DNA of 32,000 nucleotides from Rufibacter sp. XAAS-G3-1 (GTDB lineage: Bacteria > Bacteroidota > Bacteroidia > Cytophagales > Hymenobacteraceae): the NCBI RefSeq assembly GCF_013623775.1, contig NZ_JABFAM010000010.1, positions 157,550 through 189,549 on the forward strand. Direction: 5' to 3'. Shown in pieces: positions 31,201 to 32,000 of this stretch (position 1 is its first letter; the number at the start of each line of letters is the position of its first letter). The notes under the pieces are model-generated. The model ran no database searches, was not told the origin of the DNA, and was given only the letters and a program-made list of their open reading frames with translations. A program made the translations under genes and the position numbers.

Positions 31201-32000
31201 TTGAAATCACCTGTCGCCCCAACTCCGCAGCCCGCTTTGTTGATTACCTATTACTGGCCGCCTTCGGGCGGGGCCGGCGTGCAGCGGTGCCTCAAGTTTG
31301 TGAAGCACCTGCCCGAGTTTGGCGTGACTCCCACCGTGATTACCGTTGACGCGCAGCAGGCTTCTTACCCGGTGCTGGATTCTTCGCTGCTCTTGGAGGT
31401 TCCCTCATCGGTGCAGGTCATCCGGACGGCAACGCGGGAGCCTTTTGAGTTCTACAAGAAAATCACGGGCAAGAAAGACATCCCCTTCGGCGGATTTGCC
31501 AATACCGGGCAGGAAACCTGGAAGCAGAAGCTCTTCAAGTTCCTGCGCGGCAACCTGTTCATCCCAGACCCGCGCGTGGGCTGGAACCGCTACGCCTACG
31601 CCGCCGCCCAGAAAGTACTGAAAGAGCAGCAAGTAAAGGCCGTGATTACCTCCAGTCCGCCCCACTCCACGCAATTAATCGGGCTGAAGCTAAAACAAAA
31701 GTACGGCTTGCGGTGGATTGCCGACATGCGCGACCCTTGGACGGACATCTATTACTACGCCGACCTGAACCACACGGCCCTGGCCCAAAGGCTAGACGCC
31801 AAATACGAGAAAGAAGTACTGGAGCACGCCGATGCTGTGGTGGTGGTTTCTGAGGACATGAAACGCCTGTTTCTGAATAAGTCCACCACCATCAACCCGA
31901 AGAAAATCCACGTCATCCCCAACGGGTATGATGAAGCCGATTTCGTGCATCCGTCCATGCCTTCTTCTGAGGAGTTCGTCATCACCTACACCGGCACGCT
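31201..32000 (+). CDS. Glycosyltransferase family 4 (group 1), N-terminal part; continues beyond the window
   Basis: The frame is open from the stop at 31171 to the window end, so it is not in the ORF track. Hand translation ...LLITYYWPPSGGAGVQRCLKFVKHLPEFGVTPTVITV...VITSSPPHSTQLIGLKLKQKYGLRWIADMRDPW... is typical of the GT4 N-terminal domain. The start is probably TTG at 31201, 31237 or 31240 (no in-frame ATG upstream of the conserved part). Confidence 0.75.
   Translation, partial: MKSPVAPTPQPALLITYYWPPSGGAGVQRCLKFVKHLPEFGVTPTVITVDAQQASYPVLDSSLLLEVPSSVQVIRTATREPFEFYKKITGKKDIPFGGFANTGQETWKQKLFKFLRGNLFIPDPRVGWNRYAYAAAQKVLKEQQVKAVITSSPPHSTQLIGLKLKQKYGLRWIADMRDPWTDIYYYADLNHTALAQRLDAKYEKEVLEHADAVVVVSEDMKRLFLNKSTTINPKKIHVIPNGYDEADFVHPSMPSSEEFVITYTGT

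Noticed and set aside
1-32000. Search for tRNA, rRNA, tmRNA and SRP RNA signatures (T-loop GGTTCGAATCC-like strings, tmRNA 3' end, SRP GGAA/AGCA domain IV) in all intergenic gaps.
   Set aside because: Nothing convincing was seen by eye in any spacer. This is a manual scan only, and tRNAscan-SE/Infernal would be needed to be sure.

Overview
The window looks like a Bacteroidota chromosome, probably Cytophagia or Hymenobacteraceae-like. That placement is inferred from gene content, lipoprotein-type signals and TAnnTTTG -7 boxes.

Left third (minus strand, about 1.1-7.9 kb): a complete clade-II N2O-reductase cluster in the order cytochrome c, nosZ, nosB-like, nosL, nosD, nosF, nosY.
- The cluster diverges from a plus-strand set made of a small Cys-motif membrane protein, a Cys-motif beta-barrel outer-membrane protein, and quinol-type NO reductase (qNor, 768 aa).
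- The divergent intergenic region carries two copies of a GACCTTTATC box. One copy reads as an FNR/DNR-like TGAC-N4-ATCA site.

Middle (12.7-20.3 kb), housekeeping and envelope genes: acyltransferase-3, ybaB, a GT2 glycosyltransferase, a PspC-domain protein, an OmpA-like/TPR lipoprotein, PDH E1-beta, a lipoprotein and a SAM methyltransferase.

20.7-26.3 kb: a five-gene two-component cluster with no recognisable output domain. It comprises a CHASE3 kinase, a sensor-less paralogous kinase coupled by an ATGA overlap, two single-domain receivers, and a REC-PAS-HK-REC-HPt hybrid.

Right end:
- DinB-family protein and a CDA-fold deaminase.
- An Rpn/PD-(D/E)XK putative recombination nuclease with atypical codon usage and an in-frame 12-bp tandem repeat.
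- A DUF1264-like protein, ffh, and a partial GT4 glycosyltransferase.

Structure not explained by genes:
- A short palindromic repeat family (consensus about CTGTTTTAGGCCTGTTTTC..GAAAACAGGCCTAAAACAG) is present in nearly every intergenic gap.
- Two larger nested-hairpin MITE-like elements; one splits nosD from nosF.
- Two long ORF-free, hairpin-rich gaps (11965-12777 and 19202-18).

I recognised no rRNA, tRNA, CRISPR array or cas genes by eye. All calls rest on motif recognition without tools.
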